6,650 nt of DNA from a virus (taxonomy: Duplodnaviria; Heunggongvirae; Uroviricota; Caudoviricetes): the IMG/VR virus record IMGVR_UViG_3300029315_000064. One strand, written 5' to 3'. This document shows positions 5,791 through 6,650 of the stretch, piece after piece; position 1 is the stretch's first letter; each line of letters begins with the position of its first letter. Under the pieces are notes generated by a model. That model saw only the letters and a list, made by a program, of their open reading frames with translations, had not been told where the DNA came from and made no database searches. The position numbers were made by a program, and so were the translations under genes.

Positions 5791-6650
5791 ACGCGATTTT
5801 TACGACAACGAACGCGTCGGCGTCCGTGAGGACCATTGCTGGCGCGGATTGCGTCATTGTTTGCGTCACTGCCGGATCACCGGTAGTGGTCCAGACTTTT
5901 GGATAGCGCGTCGCTTCGGAAATACCCTCTTTCAGCGCGTCTTCGTCCTGAATTGCGCCATAAGTGCGGAGCCCGCGGTTTTTTGTGTTGCCAAGGATCA
6001 TCGTGTTATCCGGCATATAACGCGTTTCAGTGTCTGTTACCGGGTCGAGGTATTGCCCTTTGTAGACAAACAGCGCAGTGTCGCCGTAGTAGCCTTTAAA
6101 GCTGACAACGTCGCCCAGGTTTTTCAGCGCGACCTCGAGCTGGCTGTTTGAGCCACGGCGCGTATCCAGTGCCGTCCAGAATTTTTTAAAACGCTTCAAC
6201 TGCTTCCAGGCTTTACCATCCATGATGATCACGTTAACCGCACCGGAGGCGAGGTCCGCGTAGGATTCAATATCGTCGCTCGGGTCATACGTTTCCGCGT
6301 CCTGAGTCGACCAGGCTGTCGAACCGGACTGAGTGACGTTATTCGTCGCGCTGCGGCTCATGTCGATCTCATAGGTCTCGATATTGCTGCCGGAAACAGT
6401 GTATTTACCGTACAGAACAGCCTGTACCGCCTGGAACTCTTCGAGCTGGCTGATGCTCAGTTCCTCATCAAGCAGGTTCTGCATGATGATTTTTGCACGA
6501 CGTTCGACCGGCGTTTCCGGCTGGCCAATCTGCTCACCGGCTGCGCGCTTGATGCTCATATTCGGATTGATCGTGTGCTTGGGTTTCGTGTAACCCGGTT
6601 TGAAATGGTTCGTTGAATAGCCGCGAGTGCGGTCAACTTTGCCGGTGATC
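5789..6650 (-). CDS. E: Major capsid protein, lambda gpE family (3' portion; 5' end beyond the window end)
   Basis: The track starts at the internal Met at 6559, but the frame stays open upstream to 6649 (ITGKVDRTRGYSTNHFKPGYTKPKHTINPNMSIKRA...). The product aligns with lambda gpE along the whole visible length: FKPGYTKPKH vs FTPGYVKPKH; RRAKIIMQNLLDEELSISQLEEFQAV vs RRRIIMQNMRDEELAIAQVEEMQAV; TRRGSNSQLE, LPDNTMILGNTKNRGLRTYGAIQD, RYPKVWTTTGDPA, and C-terminal VVVKIA vs VSVQLA. Stop TAA at 5791..5789. Confidence 0.93.
   Translation of the reverse strand, partial: ITGKVDRTRGYSTNHFKPGYTKPKHTINPNMSIKRAAGEQIGQPETPVERRAKIIMQNLLDEELSISQLEEFQAVQAVLYGKYTVSGSNIETYEIDMSRSATNNVTQSGSTAWSTQDAETYDPSDDIESYADLASGAVNVIIMDGKAWKQLKRFKKFWTALDTRRGSNSQLEVALKNLGDVVSFKGYYGDTALFVYKGQYLDPVTDTETRYMPDNTMILGNTKNRGLRTYGAIQDEDALKEGISEATRYPKVWTTTGDPAVTQTMTQSAPAMVLTDADAFVVVKIA

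Noticed and set aside
907-6593. All plus-strand ORFs in the track (907..1092, 1222..1503, 1728..1919, 1919..2164, 2103..2330, 2281..2472, 2882..3112, 3253..3537, 4276..4470, 4505..4738, 5036..5269, 5849..6151, 5899..6099, 6384..6593)
   Set aside because: Each lies antisense to a minus-strand gene with strong homology support or operon context. They are short, have no recognisable products or SD context, and several have low-complexity or Cys/Arg-rich translations typical of antisense frames.
1-6650. Search for tRNA, CRISPR repeats, attachment sites, integrase, toxin-antitoxin or defence-system genes
   Set aside because: No cloverleaf-like or spaced direct-repeat structure was seen, and every ORF of meaningful size is accounted for by a virion structural gene.

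Overview
The whole window is one co-directional (minus-strand) block of phage or prophage virion-morphogenesis genes; I see no RNA genes, CRISPR array, integrase or obvious defence/cargo gene, and no clearly undescribed system. Reading 5'->3' on the minus strand (high to low coordinates): the 3' ~860 nt of a lambda-E-like major capsid gene (its start lies beyond the window end), an intrinsic terminator, a lambda-FI-like packaging protein, three small connector/tail-completion genes, then a P2-type baseplate module (V spike, W, J, I) and the first ~325 codons of an H-like tail fibre gene that runs off the window start. Genes are tightly packed with ATGA-type overlaps; the only two real intergenic spacers each carry a hairpin. 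A 10-nt run of N (1378..1387) sits inside the gpI gene and splits it into two apparent ORFs. Sheath, tube and tape-measure genes are not in the window. GC content is strongly heterogeneous by hand count (about 58-67% in capsid, J and the V N-terminus; about 25-38% in the V beta-helix insert, the gpI C-terminal half, the W 3' end and part of the fibre), which suggests modular exchange of host-interacting parts. All homology statements are by-eye comparisons with lambda and P2 protein sequences recalled from memory, not database searches.
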